Shown one piece after another: positions 38,794-48,013 of a stretch of DNA of 52,258 bases. The position numbers were made by a program, and so were the translations under genes. Source of the DNA: an uncultured Bacilli bacterium (lineage in GTDB: Bacteria; Bacillota_I; Bacilli_A; RF39; UBA660). The notes under the pieces are model-generated. The model ran no database searches. It saw only the letters and a list, made by a program, of their open reading frames with translations, and was not told the origin of the DNA. Each line of letters starts with the position of its first letter. Positions within the stretch are counted from its first letter, which is position 1. The stretch lies in assembly GCA_947628095.1 (NCBI GenBank), contig CANQYO010000002.1:1-52258 (forward strand). The letters run 5' to 3'.

Positions 38794-40509
38794 ATGAGTT
38801 TTATAAAAGAACAAGAAAAATATATAAATGAAATTTTAAAAGAATTAAATTATGAGCTTCCAAATGTTGCTATTTTACCATCCAACAGACGTGAACTTGG
38901 TGATTATCAATTAAATATAGCCATGAGTTTAGCTAAAAAATATCATAAAAATCCTTCTTATATTGCTTCTGAAATAGTAAATAAATTAGATGATAGATTT
39001 ATTAATGTTAATATTGCTAATCCAGGGTTTATTAACTTTTCTTTTAAAAAAGAAATTCTTTTAGATTATTTGAATGAAGTTTTAGAAGATTTTAATAAAT
39101 TAGTTGATAAACATGAAACTAAAACAATATTTTTAGATTATGGTGGAGCTAATGCTGCTAAAGCTTTACATGTTGGGCATATGAGGTCTCCTAATATTGG
39201 TGAGGCCATGAGACGACTTGCTAATTTACTTGGAGATAAAACTATTTCGGATGTTCATTTAGGTGATTTAGGAAGACAAGCTGGAATGTTGATTTCAGAA
39301 ATAAAATTAAGAGAACCTGATTTACCTTTTTTTGATGAAAATTTTAAGGGTGAATATCCTAAAGTAACTTATACGCCATCTGATTTAGGAGAATTATATG
39401 TTACAGCTAATATTAAAGCAAATGAAAATGAAGAAAGAATGGAAGAAGTTCGAGAAATAACTGCAGAGATTGATAAAGGAAATAAAAGATATTTAGAATT
39501 ATGGAAGCAATTGGTTGCTATTTCTAAGATTTCTATAAAAGAGATTTATGATAAATTAAATTGCCATTTTGATTTATGGGAAGGGGAATTAGATTCATTT
39601 AAAGATGTTCCTAAAATTCTTGAAATATTAAAACCTTATTTACATGAATCTAATGGTGCTATGGTAATGGATGTAAAGGTTGAGACCGATACTAAAGAAA
39701 TGCCTCCTTTAATTGTTATCAAAAAAGATGGTGCAACTATTTATGCTACTCGTGATTTAGCAACTATTTATAGTCGAGCTAAAAGATTTAAACCTGATGA
39801 AATATGGTATTTTACTGATAATCGTCAATCACTTTATTTTGAACAAGTATTTAGAGCTTCGTATAAAGCTTTATTAGTTCCTTATAATTGTAAACTTTTA
39901 CATTTTGGCTTTGGAACAATTAATGGAAGTGATGGTAAACCATTTAAAACTAGAGATGGTGGCGTTATGGAATTAGGTTCTTTAATAGACCAAATTTCTG
40001 AAATGATTAGACCTAAAATAAAAGAAGATATTGAAAATAAAGATGAAGTATGTGAAAAACTTACCATTGCAACTTTAAAATTTGCTGATTTAATGTCTTT
40101 TAGAAATACCGATTATATTTTTGAACCTGAGAAATTTTCATCTTTTGATGGTAAAACAGGACCATATATTTTATATACCGTTGTAAGACTTAAATCTTTA
40201 ATTAAAAAAAGTGGTTTAGAAAACTTTAAATTAACTTCTATACCTAATACAGAAGTTTTAGATATTTTATTAAAAATTATTGAACTACCTCAAATATTAA
40301 ATCGTTCTTATTTAGATAAAAGTTTAAATTATATTACAGATTTTTTATTTGATTTAGCAAGTTTATTTAATAAATTTTATAATAATCATCATATATTAAC
40401 TGAAGAGGATGAAATTAAAAATTCATATCTTGGAATGGTAAAATTAGTATATATTGTTATGCATGAATTGCTTGATGTTTTAGCAATTGATGAAGTAGAG
40501 AGAATGTAA
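38794..40509 (+). CDS. argS: Arginine--tRNA ligase
   Basis: 'GGANAAKALHVGHMRS' is the HIGH region, and the class I catalytic core and DALR-type anticodon-binding C-terminus ending 'ERM' are present. Confidence 0.9.
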   Translation: MSFIKEQEKYINEILKELNYELPNVAILPSNRRELGDYQLNIAMSLAKKYHKNPSYIASEIVNKLDDRFINVNIANPGFINFSFKKEILLDYLNEVLEDFNKLVDKHETKTIFLDYGGANAAKALHVGHMRSPNIGEAMRRLANLLGDKTISDVHLGDLGRQAGMLISEIKLREPDLPFFDENFKGEYPKVTYTPSDLGELYVTANIKANENEERMEEVREITAEIDKGNKRYLELWKQLVAISKISIKEIYDKLNCHFDLWEGELDSFKDVPKILEILKPYLHESNGAMVMDVKVETDTKEMPPLIVIKKDGATIYATRDLATIYSRAKRFKPDEIWYFTDNRQSLYFEQVFRASYKALLVPYNCKLLHFGFGTINGSDGKPFKTRDGGVMELGSLIDQISEMIRPKIKEDIENKDEVCEKLTIATLKFADLMSFRNTDYIFEPEKFSSFDGKTGPYILYTVVRLKSLIKKSGLENFKLTSIPNTEVLDILLKIIELPQILNRSYLDKSLNYITDFLFDLASLFNKFYNNHHILTEEDEIKNSYLGMVKLVYIVMHELLDVLAIDEVERM

Positions 40510-40565
40510 GTTTTTAAACTGACAAATAACGACAAATAAAATTCATATAATTTAATAGTGATTAT

Positions 40566-41762
40566 ATGAAAAAAATATTTGTCTTTTTTTTAATTTTTCT
40601 TTTGTTTTTATTTTCCAATGTTGTAGTTTCAAGTAAGAAATATGTAAAAAATGTAGATAATAATCAACAAATACAAGGTATTTATATTAGTTATTTAGAA
40701 TATTTAACTTATTTTCAAGGAAATGCTTTAAATATTAATAAAGCTTATATCAATAAAATGTTAGATAATATAAAATCACTTGGTTTAAATACTATATTTT
40801 TACATGTTTCACCTTTTTCAGATAGTATTTATAAATCTAATATTTTTCCTTATTCTAGTACTTTATCGGGGGTGGAAGGAAATAATCCCGGAATGGATTA
40901 TTTAGATTATTTTTTAAAAGAATCGCATAAAAGAAATCTAAAAGTTCATGCTTGGATTAATCCTTATCGTGTAAGTTCTAGTAATGATGTATCTAAAATT
41001 TCTAAACAAAATCCTGCTTATTCTTTACTAAATACTAGTGAGGTTCAGGTAAGTGAAGATGGAATTTATTATAATCCAGCTAGTTCTAAAGTCATTGATT
41101 TAATTATTAAACAAGTCTCTGAGTTAATTACTAATTATGATATAGATGGTATTCATTTTGACGATTATTTTTATGTTAATCAAGATATAGATTTAGAAAA
41201 TTATAAAAAATATTCATTAAAAAATCCTAATGTTACTTTAGAAGATTATAGATTACAAATGGTTAATACTATGATAAAAAATGTCTATAAAACCATTAAA
41301 AGTTATAATCAAAATATTATTTTTAGTATTGCACCTGATGGAAACATTGATAATAATTATAAATATCATTTTGCTGATATTAAAACATGGCTTAAAGAGA
41401 ATGATTATGTTGATATTATTATGCCTCAAGTGTATTATGGTTTTGAAAATCAATATAAACCCTTTGATAAAACCATTAATGAATGGAATGATTTAATAAA
41501 AAATAATACAAAATTAGTACCAGTATTAGCTTTTTATAAAGTAGGACAATTAGATAATTTAGCTGGAAGTGGAAAATATGAATGGTTAAATAATAATAAT
41601 GTAATTAATAGACAAATTAATTTTATAAAAACTTTAAATAAATATGAAGGGTTTACTTTATTTAGATATGATTTTTTGTTTAATTCTAATTTAGAAACTA
41701 ATATGACAAGTGCTGAAATTAAAAATATGAAATTAGTTTTTAATAATTCTAAGTATAGTTAA
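40566..41762 (+). CDS. Glycoside-hydrolase-like family 10 (GHL10/DUF187, YngK-like) secreted protein
   Basis: Signal peptide, then 'GIYISYLEY', 'NTIFLHVSPFSDSIYKSNIFPYS', 'VHAWINPYRV' and 'DGIHFDDYFY'. Confidence 0.65.
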   Translation: MKKIFVFFLIFLLFLFSNVVVSSKKYVKNVDNNQQIQGIYISYLEYLTYFQGNALNINKAYINKMLDNIKSLGLNTIFLHVSPFSDSIYKSNIFPYSSTLSGVEGNNPGMDYLDYFLKESHKRNLKVHAWINPYRVSSSNDVSKISKQNPAYSLLNTSEVQVSEDGIYYNPASSKVIDLIIKQVSELITNYDIDGIHFDDYFYVNQDIDLENYKKYSLKNPNVTLEDYRLQMVNTMIKNVYKTIKSYNQNIIFSIAPDGNIDNNYKYHFADIKTWLKENDYVDIIMPQVYYGFENQYKPFDKTINEWNDLIKNNTKLVPVLAFYKVGQLDNLAGSGKYEWLNNNNVINRQINFIKTLNKYEGFTLFRYDFLFNSNLETNMTSAEIKNMKLVFNNSKYS

Positions 41763-41819
41763 TTTAGAAATTTAACTAATAAATTTTAAGAGCATTTAAT
41801 ATACTATAGTGGTGATACT

Positions 41820-42422
41820 ATGGAATCAACTGATAGTAAATTTTTAAATAAGAATTCGAAGAAAAAAAAGACAGAAAAAGTGAAAAAGAATTTTTGGCTT
41901 GGACTTTTAAATAAATTATTAGTTTGTTTTATATTAGTAATAATTTGTTTGATTGCTATGGAAAAAAATTCAGAATTTAAAGCATTTATTAAAGAAAAAG
42001 TATTTGAAAATAATATTTCTTTTGCTTATTTAAATAATATATATGAAAAATATTTTGGACATATTTTACCTAGTATTCATAGTGAAGATTTAGAACCAGT
42101 TTTTAATGAGAAATTAGAATATAAAAATTATAATATTTATCATGATGGGTATAAACTTGAAGTTTCTAATAATTATTTAGTTCCAATTATCAATGATGGA
42201 GTAGTAGTATTTACTGGTGAAATTGAAAATTATGGTAATGTAGTAATTATTGAAGGAGTTGATGGAGTAGATATTTGGTATGGAAATATTTTAAATTTAA
42301 GTGTTAGTTTATATGATTATGTAAAAAAAGGGGCTTATTTGGGAGAAACAGTAGATAATTATTTATATTTAGTTTTTGAAAAAGAAGAAAAGTATTTGAA
42401 ATTTGAAGACTACATGGCTTAA
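41820..42422 (+). CDS. spoIVFA: SpoIVFA-like protein (TM helix plus degenerate LytM/M23 domain)
   Basis: Basic N-terminus, one TM helix, and a C-terminal M23-like fold 'GVVVFTGEIENYGNVVIIEGVDGVDIWYGNI' that lacks catalytic His residues. It lies immediately upstream of and overlaps spoIVFB. Confidence 0.6.
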   Translation: MESTDSKFLNKNSKKKKTEKVKKNFWLGLLNKLLVCFILVIICLIAMEKNSEFKAFIKEKVFENNISFAYLNNIYEKYFGHILPSIHSEDLEPVFNEKLEYKNYNIYHDGYKLEVSNNYLVPIINDGVVVFTGEIENYGNVVIIEGVDGVDIWYGNILNLSVSLYDYVKKGAYLGETVDNYLYLVFEKEEKYLKFEDYMA

Positions 42423-43137
42423 ATTTGATAATTCTTTTTATATTTTATTGTTATTTATAATAATAACAGGAATGTTTAAGGAATTTACTTTTATTTTCAT
42501 TCTACTATTTTTTCATGAATTAGGACACGTTTTAATGGGTTTATTTTTAAAATGGAAACTTATAAGTATAACTTTTTATCCTTATGGAGGAAAAACCTTA
42601 TTTGAAACTTATGAAAATACTAATCTTAATCTTGAAATTCTAGTTTTACTAGCTGGTCCTATAATGCAAATATTAACCTTTTTAGTTTTAAATCATTTTT
42701 TTGAATACCCATATATCAGGAATTATCATTTAACTATTTTAATTTTTAATATGCTTCCTATTTTATCACTTGATGGAGGACGACTTTTAAATTTGTTTTT
42801 AAATAAGGTATTTAATTATTTAAATAGTTTTTATATAACTTTTTTTATTTCAATTATAACCATTATTTTTTTAATTTATTTTTGTTTATTTTATTATTAT
42901 AATTTAAATTTATTCTTAATGAGTATTTTTCTAATATTTAAAATTATTAAAAGTTTTAAAGATTTAAAATTTTTATATCATAAGTTTTTACTTGAAAGAT
43001 ATTTATATGATTTTGATTTTAAAAAAACAAAAGTTTGCAAGAATATTTATAAACTATCTAAAGATAGAAACCATTATATTAATTTTCAAAATGAGAAAGA
43101 GGTATTAAAAAAATATTTTTCGAAAGTTAATAATTAA
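42403..43137 (+). CDS. spoIVFB: Pro-sigma-K processing site-2 metalloprotease SpoIVFB
   Basis: 'FFHELGHVLMG' (HExxH in a TM helix) and 'NMLPILSLDGGRLL' (NxxPxxxLDG). Putative TTG start. Confidence 0.8.
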   Translation: MKTTWLKFDNSFYILLLFIIITGMFKEFTFIFILLFFHELGHVLMGLFLKWKLISITFYPYGGKTLFETYENTNLNLEILVLLAGPIMQILTFLVLNHFFEYPYIRNYHLTILIFNMLPILSLDGGRLLNLFLNKVFNYLNSFYITFFISIITIIFLIYFCLFYYYNLNLFLMSIFLIFKIIKSFKDLKFLYHKFLLERYLYDFDFKKTKVCKNIYKLSKDRNHYINFQNEKEVLKKYFSKVNN

Positions 43138-43186
43138 AATATTAATTATTTATTTTGTAAAAATTAAAGTGATTATCTAAAAAAAG

Positions 43187-43215
43187 CTTGACAAATAAGG
43201 AAAAATCAAGTATGA
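43187..43215 (+). promoter_or_regulatory. Sigma-A-type promoter of the infC-rpmI-rplT operon
   Basis: TTGACA, a 17-nt spacer, then TATGAT. Confidence 0.65.
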
Positions 43216-43358
43216 TTACATACGTAAATTGAAAAAGGAAAGAGATTATTCCACCTGATTGCTTATAAGTAATGGGTTAAATGCCTAAATAATATGAATT
43301 TATATTGTTTTTTAGTGTATTTAAAGTGGATAATTTTATCTACTTTTTTTAAATTTAA
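43216..43358 (+). promoter_or_regulatory. L20 ribosomal-protein leader with an attenuator terminator (43323..43350)
   Basis: ~140-nt leader between the promoter and infC. It ends in the hairpin AAAGTGGAT/ATCTACTTT plus T-run, matching the Firmicute L20-leader arrangement. The upstream 'TTCCACC' could form an alternative pairing. Confidence 0.55.
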
Positions 43359-43373
43359 TTGGAGGTGTTTTGT

Positions 43374-43898
43374 ATCGCAAACAACAAAAATGGTTTGTTA
43401 ATTAATGAGCAAATCAAAGCAAATTCCGTTTTAGTTATAGGACCAAATGGTGAACAAGTAGGAGTAAAGCCACTTAAAGATGCTTTAATTCTTGCTAATT
43501 ATGCTGGACTAGATTTAGTCTTAATGAATCCAAATGGTAATCCACCAGTTTGTAAGATTATGGATTATAACAAATATCGTTATCTAAAAAACAAAAAAGA
43601 AAAGGAAAACATGAAACGTCAAAAAGCTAATATGACTGAAACAAAAGAATTCCGTCTTAGTAGTGTTATTGATGTTGGAGATTTTGAAACTAAGTTAAGA
43701 CAAGTTGCGAAGTATCTTGAAAAAGGTGCTAAGATTAAACTTACAATTAGATTCAAAGGTCGTCAAATGTCTCATACCGAACTTGGGCAAGATGTTTTAA
43801 TTAAATTTGCTGATAGATTAAATGATATTGCTATGATTACTGATGCACCAAAACTTGATGGAAGAACTATGACAATGATGCTTGCACCTAAAAAATAA
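43374..43898 (+). CDS. infC: Translation initiation factor IF-3
   Basis: 'LINEQIKANSVLVIGPNGEQVGV', 'MDYNKYRY' and 'KEFRLSSVIDVGDFETK'. The likely non-canonical ATC start at 43374 lies 6 nt behind GGAGGTG. The in-frame GTG at 43365 and TTG at 43359 are alternatives. Confidence 0.85.
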   Translation: MANNKNGLLINEQIKANSVLVIGPNGEQVGVKPLKDALILANYAGLDLVLMNPNGNPPVCKIMDYNKYRYLKNKKEKENMKRQKANMTETKEFRLSSVIDVGDFETKLRQVAKYLEKGAKIKLTIRFKGRQMSHTELGQDVLIKFADRLNDIAMITDAPKLDGRTMTMMLAPKK

Positions 43899-43916
43899 GA
43901 AAAGGAGATTATGAAT

Positions 43917-44105
43917 ATGCCAAAATTAAAAACACATAAAGGTACAAAAAAAGTACTTAAAATAAGAAAAGGCGGTTCAATTAAGATTGGACGTCCAGGA
44001 AGTAGACATAATACTGGTAAGAAAAATGCCGATATTAATAGAAAAAATAGAAAGGGTAGTGCTTTATCAAAAGCAGACAAGAATAGATTAAGAGATATAA
44101 TCTAG
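43917..44105 (+). CDS. rpmI: 50S ribosomal protein L35
   Basis: '[12 protein letters not shown]' canonical N-terminus, using the second ATG with better spacing from AAGGAG. Confidence 0.9.
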   Translation: MPKLKTHKGTKKVLKIRKGGSIKIGRPGSRHNTGKKNADINRKNRKGSALSKADKNRLRDII

Positions 44106-44118
44106 TAAGGAGGTTATT

Positions 44119-44658
44119 ATGACAAGAGTTAAAAGTGGAGTACAAACAAAACAAAGACATAAGAAAGTATTAAAAGATGCTCGTGGTTACTTTGGTAGTA
44201 AGCATAGATTATATAAATCAGCTAAAGAGCAATTAATGCATTCACGTGTATATGCTTATCGTGATAGAAGACAAAATAAAAGAGAATTTAGAAAACTTTG
44301 GATTACAAGAATTAATGCTGCTTGTAGAATGAATGATATTAGTTATTCTAAATTTATAAATGGACTTAATAAAGCTGGAGTTGAAATTAATCGTAAAATG
44401 TTATCTGAAATAGCTATTAATGATATGGATGCATTTAAAGAATTAGTTGAAATTTCTAAAAAGGGAGAAGTAAAAGAAGTTAAGGTAGTTAAAGAGACAA
44501 CTAAGATTTCAAAAGATACAAAACCTGAAACTAAAAAAGAAGAAAAGAAAAGTTTAAGCTCAATGACAGTTGCTGAACTTCGTGAACTTGCTAAATCTAA
44601 GAAAATTGAAGGTTATAGCACAATGAAAAAAGCTGAATTATTAGAGGCTTTAAAATAA
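44119..44658 (+). CDS. rplT: 50S ribosomal protein L20 with a ~60-aa C-terminal K/E-rich plus Rho_N/SAP-like extension
   Basis: Canonical L20 core '[31 protein letters not shown]...[11 protein letters not shown]', then an extra tail ending '[34 protein letters not shown]'. Confidence 0.9.
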   Translation: MTRVKSGVQTKQRHKKVLKDARGYFGSKHRLYKSAKEQLMHSRVYAYRDRRQNKREFRKLWITRINAACRMNDISYSKFINGLNKAGVEINRKMLSEIAINDMDAFKELVEISKKGEVKEVKVVKETTKISKDTKPETKKEEKKSLSSMTVAELRELAKSKKIEGYSTMKKAELLEALK

Positions 44659-44741
44659 ACAAATTAATGAATTTATATTCATCCTGCCAATTTGGTAGAA
44701 TATAAGAAGTTAATTGAAGAGAAAAGGAGAATTATAAGAAT

Positions 44742-45719
44742 ATGACAGTAGTTTCAATGAATTATTTATTAGAAGCAGGTGTTCATTTTGGACATCAAAA
44801 AAGAAGATGGAATCCAAAGATGAAAGAATACATCTTTGAAGCCAGAGATGATATTTATATTATCGATTTACAAAAAACAGTTAAGAAATTAGAAGAAGCT
44901 TATAATGCTTTACTAGAAATAGCTAAAAATGGTGGTAAAGTAATTTTTGTAGGTACTAAAAAACAAGCTAATGAAGCATGTTTAGAATGTGCAACTCGTA
45001 CTGAAATGTATTATGTAACAGAACGTTGGTTAGGAGGAACTTTAACTAACTTCAAAACAATTCGTTCTCGTGTTAAAAGATTAGAAGAATTAGAAAAAAT
45101 GCAAGAAGATGGAACATTTGATTTATTACCTAAAAAAGAAGTTGCTCTTTTAAATAAAGAATATGAAAAATTAAATAGATATTTAAAAGGAATTCGTGAT
45201 ATGCATGAACTTCCTCAAGCAATGATTGTTGTTGACCCAAAACAAGAAGAAATTGCTATTCGTGAAGCAAATAAATTAGGTATTAAAACTTTTGGTATTG
45301 TTGATACTAATTGTGACCCAGATGTTTTAGATTATCCAATTCCAGGAAATGATGATGCAGTTCGTGCTGTTAAAGTTGTTTTAAATGCTTTAACTAATGC
45401 TATTGCTGAAGCTAATGGAAATGAAGTTGTTGATTGTGGTAGTGACGATGCTAAAAATGAAACTGAAGAAGATGCAACTAAAGAAGTAAAAAAAGAAATT
45501 AAAAAAGAAGAAAAAAAATCTGAAGATAAAAATACTAAAACCAAAGTTGAAAAAGTTAATAAAGAATTAAAAGAAGAAAAAGAAGTAAAAGAAACAAAAA
45601 AGAGTGATACAAACATTAAAGAATTAACTTTAACAGAATTAAAAGAAATGGCTCGTGAAAGAGGAGTTAAAGGTTATTCTAAAATGAAAAAAGATGAATT
45701 AATAGAAGCTTTAAAATAA
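44742..45719 (+). CDS. rpsB: 30S ribosomal protein S2 with a ~95-aa C-terminal K/E-rich plus Rho_N/SAP-like extension
   Basis: '[19 protein letters not shown]' and the rest of the core, then a tail ending '[34 protein letters not shown]'. Confidence 0.95.
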   Translation: MTVVSMNYLLEAGVHFGHQKRRWNPKMKEYIFEARDDIYIIDLQKTVKKLEEAYNALLEIAKNGGKVIFVGTKKQANEACLECATRTEMYYVTERWLGGTLTNFKTIRSRVKRLEELEKMQEDGTFDLLPKKEVALLNKEYEKLNRYLKGIRDMHELPQAMIVVDPKQEEIAIREANKLGIKTFGIVDTNCDPDVLDYPIPGNDDAVRAVKVVLNALTNAIAEANGNEVVDCGSDDAKNETEEDATKEVKKEIKKEEKKSEDKNTKTKVEKVNKELKEEKEVKETKKSDTNIKELTLTELKEMARERGVKGYSKMKKDELIEALK

Positions 45720-45728
45720 GGAGGAAAT

Positions 45729-46604
45729 ATGTTTAGTGCAAGTGATGTTAAAGCATTAAGAGAAAAAACAGGAGCTGGAATGCTCGATTGTAAAAAAGCA
45801 CTTGATGAAACTAAAGGTGATATTGATGCAGCAATCGATTGGTTACGTGAAAAAGGAATTGCTAAAGCTACTAAGAAAAGTGACCGTATAGCTGCTGAAG
45901 GTTTAAGCCAAATTTTTATAAATCAAGATAAAGCTGTTATCTTAGAAGTTAATAGTGAAACTGATTTTGTATCTCGAAATGAAGAATTTAAAAACTTTGT
46001 TAATACTTTAGGAGAAGTATTACTAAATAATGATGTTAAAACAATGGAAGAAGCTTTAGAACTTCAAACTGCTGAAGGTAAAGTTTCTGAATTAATAACT
46101 CAAATTACAGCTAAAATTGGAGAAAAAATTAGTTTTAGAAGATTTGAAGTTGTAGAAAAAAAGAGTGAAGAGAATTTTGGCTCATATTTACATATGGGTG
46201 GAAAAATTGCCTCATTAGTAAAAATTTCTGGTGGAAATGAAAGTGTTGCTAAGGATGTTGCAATGCATGCAGCAGCTATGAGACCATTATATTTAAATGA
46301 AGCTAGTGTTCCAAGTGAAGTTTTAGAACGTGAAAAAGAAATTATGCGTCAAGAATTATTAAATGAAGGAAAACCAGCTGATAGAATAGATAACATTTTA
46401 GTTGGAAAAGTTCGTAAATATTATGAAGAAGTTTGCTTAGAAAATCAAATTTTTGTAAAATCTGAAAATAAGGAAACTGTTGGTAAATATTTAGAGAATA
46501 ATGGAGCTAAATTAATTTCTATGACAAGATATGAAGTTGGAGAAGGAATTGAAAAGCGCCAAGAAAATTTTGCTGAAGAAGTAATGAATCAAATAAATGG
46601 TTAA
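45729..46604 (+). CDS. tsf: Elongation factor Ts
   Basis: 'VKALREKTGAGMLDCKKAL' UBA-like N-terminus and 'VNSETDFVSRNEEF'. Confidence 0.95.
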   Translation: MFSASDVKALREKTGAGMLDCKKALDETKGDIDAAIDWLREKGIAKATKKSDRIAAEGLSQIFINQDKAVILEVNSETDFVSRNEEFKNFVNTLGEVLLNNDVKTMEEALELQTAEGKVSELITQITAKIGEKISFRRFEVVEKKSEENFGSYLHMGGKIASLVKISGGNESVAKDVAMHAAAMRPLYLNEASVPSEVLEREKEIMRQELLNEGKPADRIDNILVGKVRKYYEEVCLENQIFVKSENKETVGKYLENNGAKLISMTRYEVGEGIEKRQENFAEEVMNQING

Positions 46605-46631
46605 AAGGTGAATTAAATTCATCTTTTTTTT
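46605..46631 (+). terminator. Terminator after tsf
   Basis: AAGGTGAA-TTAAA-TTCATCTT followed by T8. Confidence 0.65.
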
Positions 46632-46700
46632 ACTTTAAAACAATTTTCATTTACTTATTATTTTTAAAATGATATACTTTTTAAGTAGATTGGAGGCAAT

Positions 46701-47699
46701 ATGGGGATTTTTAGTAAAATAAAAAAAGCTTTTAAAAAAGAAGAATTAGAAGAAAATAAAGAAGAAGTAAAGAAAGAAATCGATTTATATACTGAAGGGT
46801 TGAGTAAAACAAGAAATAATTTTGTTAATAAATTAATTAGTTTAAATAATAAAACAAAGAAAATAACAGAAGAATATTTTGACGAATTAGAAGATATTTT
46901 AATCATGGCTGATATTGGAGTTAATACAGTTTTAAACTTTATTAGTCGTTTAAAAGAAAGAGTAAAACATGAAAATATAACAGATTTAAATTATTTGCAA
47001 GAAGTAATAATAGACGAATTATTTATTATTTATGTTGATAATTCTATTTTAAGTAATAAAATTAAATACAATGATAATGGACCAACTGTACTTCTTTTTG
47101 TTGGAGTTAATGGAGTTGGTAAAACAACAACGATTGGAAAAATTGCTAACAAGTTAAAAAAAGAAGGTAAAAGTGTTTTAATGATAGCTGGAGATACCTT
47201 TAGAGCTGGAGCAATAGAACAACTTGAAGAATGGAGTAAAAAAGTTGGTACAAGTTTTGTAAAAGGAAAAGAAGGAAGTGACCCTTCAAGTGTTATTTAT
47301 GATGGACTTTTAAAAGCTAAAGAAGAAAATATAGATGTAGTATTGATTGATACAGCTGGACGTTTACAAAATAAAGTTAATTTAATGAAAGAACTTGAAA
47401 AAATGAATAAAGTAATTGGAAGTATAGTTGAAGGTTCACCTCAAGAAACTTTACTTGTAATTGATGCTACAACTGGGCAAAATGGAATTAGTCAAGCTAA
47501 AAGTTTTAAAGAAATAACTAATATTACGGGGATAGTTTTAACGAAACTTGATGGTACAGCTAAGGGTGGAATAGTTTTAGCTATAAAAGAGGAATTAGAT
47601 ATACCAGTTAAATATATTGGTTTAGGAGAAAAAGTTGATGATTTAGAGTCTTTTGATATAGAAAAATATATTTATGGGTTATTTAAGGATATGATATAA
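46701..47699 (+). CDS. ftsY: Signal recognition particle receptor FtsY
   Basis: 'LFVGVNGVGKTTTIGK', 'DTAGRLQNK' and 'VLTKLDGTAKGG' SRP-GTPase motifs. Confidence 0.95.
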   Translation: MGIFSKIKKAFKKEELEENKEEVKKEIDLYTEGLSKTRNNFVNKLISLNNKTKKITEEYFDELEDILIMADIGVNTVLNFISRLKERVKHENITDLNYLQEVIIDELFIIYVDNSILSNKIKYNDNGPTVLLFVGVNGVGKTTTIGKIANKLKKEGKSVLMIAGDTFRAGAIEQLEEWSKKVGTSFVKGKEGSDPSSVIYDGLLKAKEENIDVVLIDTAGRLQNKVNLMKELEKMNKVIGSIVEGSPQETLLVIDATTGQNGISQAKSFKEITNITGIVLTKLDGTAKGGIVLAIKEELDIPVKYIGLGEKVDDLESFDIEKYIYGLFKDMI

Positions 47700-47992
47700 T
47701 GGAAAAATTAATTTATTTAAACAATTTATATGATTTATATGGAATATTATTAACAGAAAAACAACAAAAGTACTTTGAAGAGTATTATTTTAATAATTTA
47801 TCTTATGGAGAAATAAGTGAAAAATATGGAATAAGTAGAAATGCTATATTTCATCAACTTAAAATAATTGAAAATAAATTATTAGATTATGAAAAAAAGT
47901 TAAAATTATACTATAAAAAAGAAAAAATTAATGATATAATAAACAATATAGACGATAGTAAAATAAAAAAAGAACTTGAAGATTTAATTTAA
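47699..47992 (+). CDS. ylxM: YlxM/UPF0122 putative HTH protein
   Basis: 'LYDLYGILLTEKQQKYFEEYYFNNLSYGEISEKYGISRNAIFHQLK'. Its start overlaps the ftsY stop (TAATG). Confidence 0.85.
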   Translation: MEKLIYLNNLYDLYGILLTEKQQKYFEEYYFNNLSYGEISEKYGISRNAIFHQLKIIENKLLDYEKKLKLYYKKEKINDIINNIDDSKIKKELEDLI

Positions 47993-48013
47993 AAAGAATA
48001 TTAGGAGGAAAAT

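Noticed and set aside
43772-44080. 102-aa minus-strand ORF antisense to infC and rpmI. The ORFs at 45332..45616 (antisense to rpsB), 46664..46906, 11615..11818, 12380..12688, 12911..13192 and 22843..23130 are treated the same way.
   Set aside because: They are antisense to unambiguous conserved genes and their composition simply mirrors the sense-strand codons.
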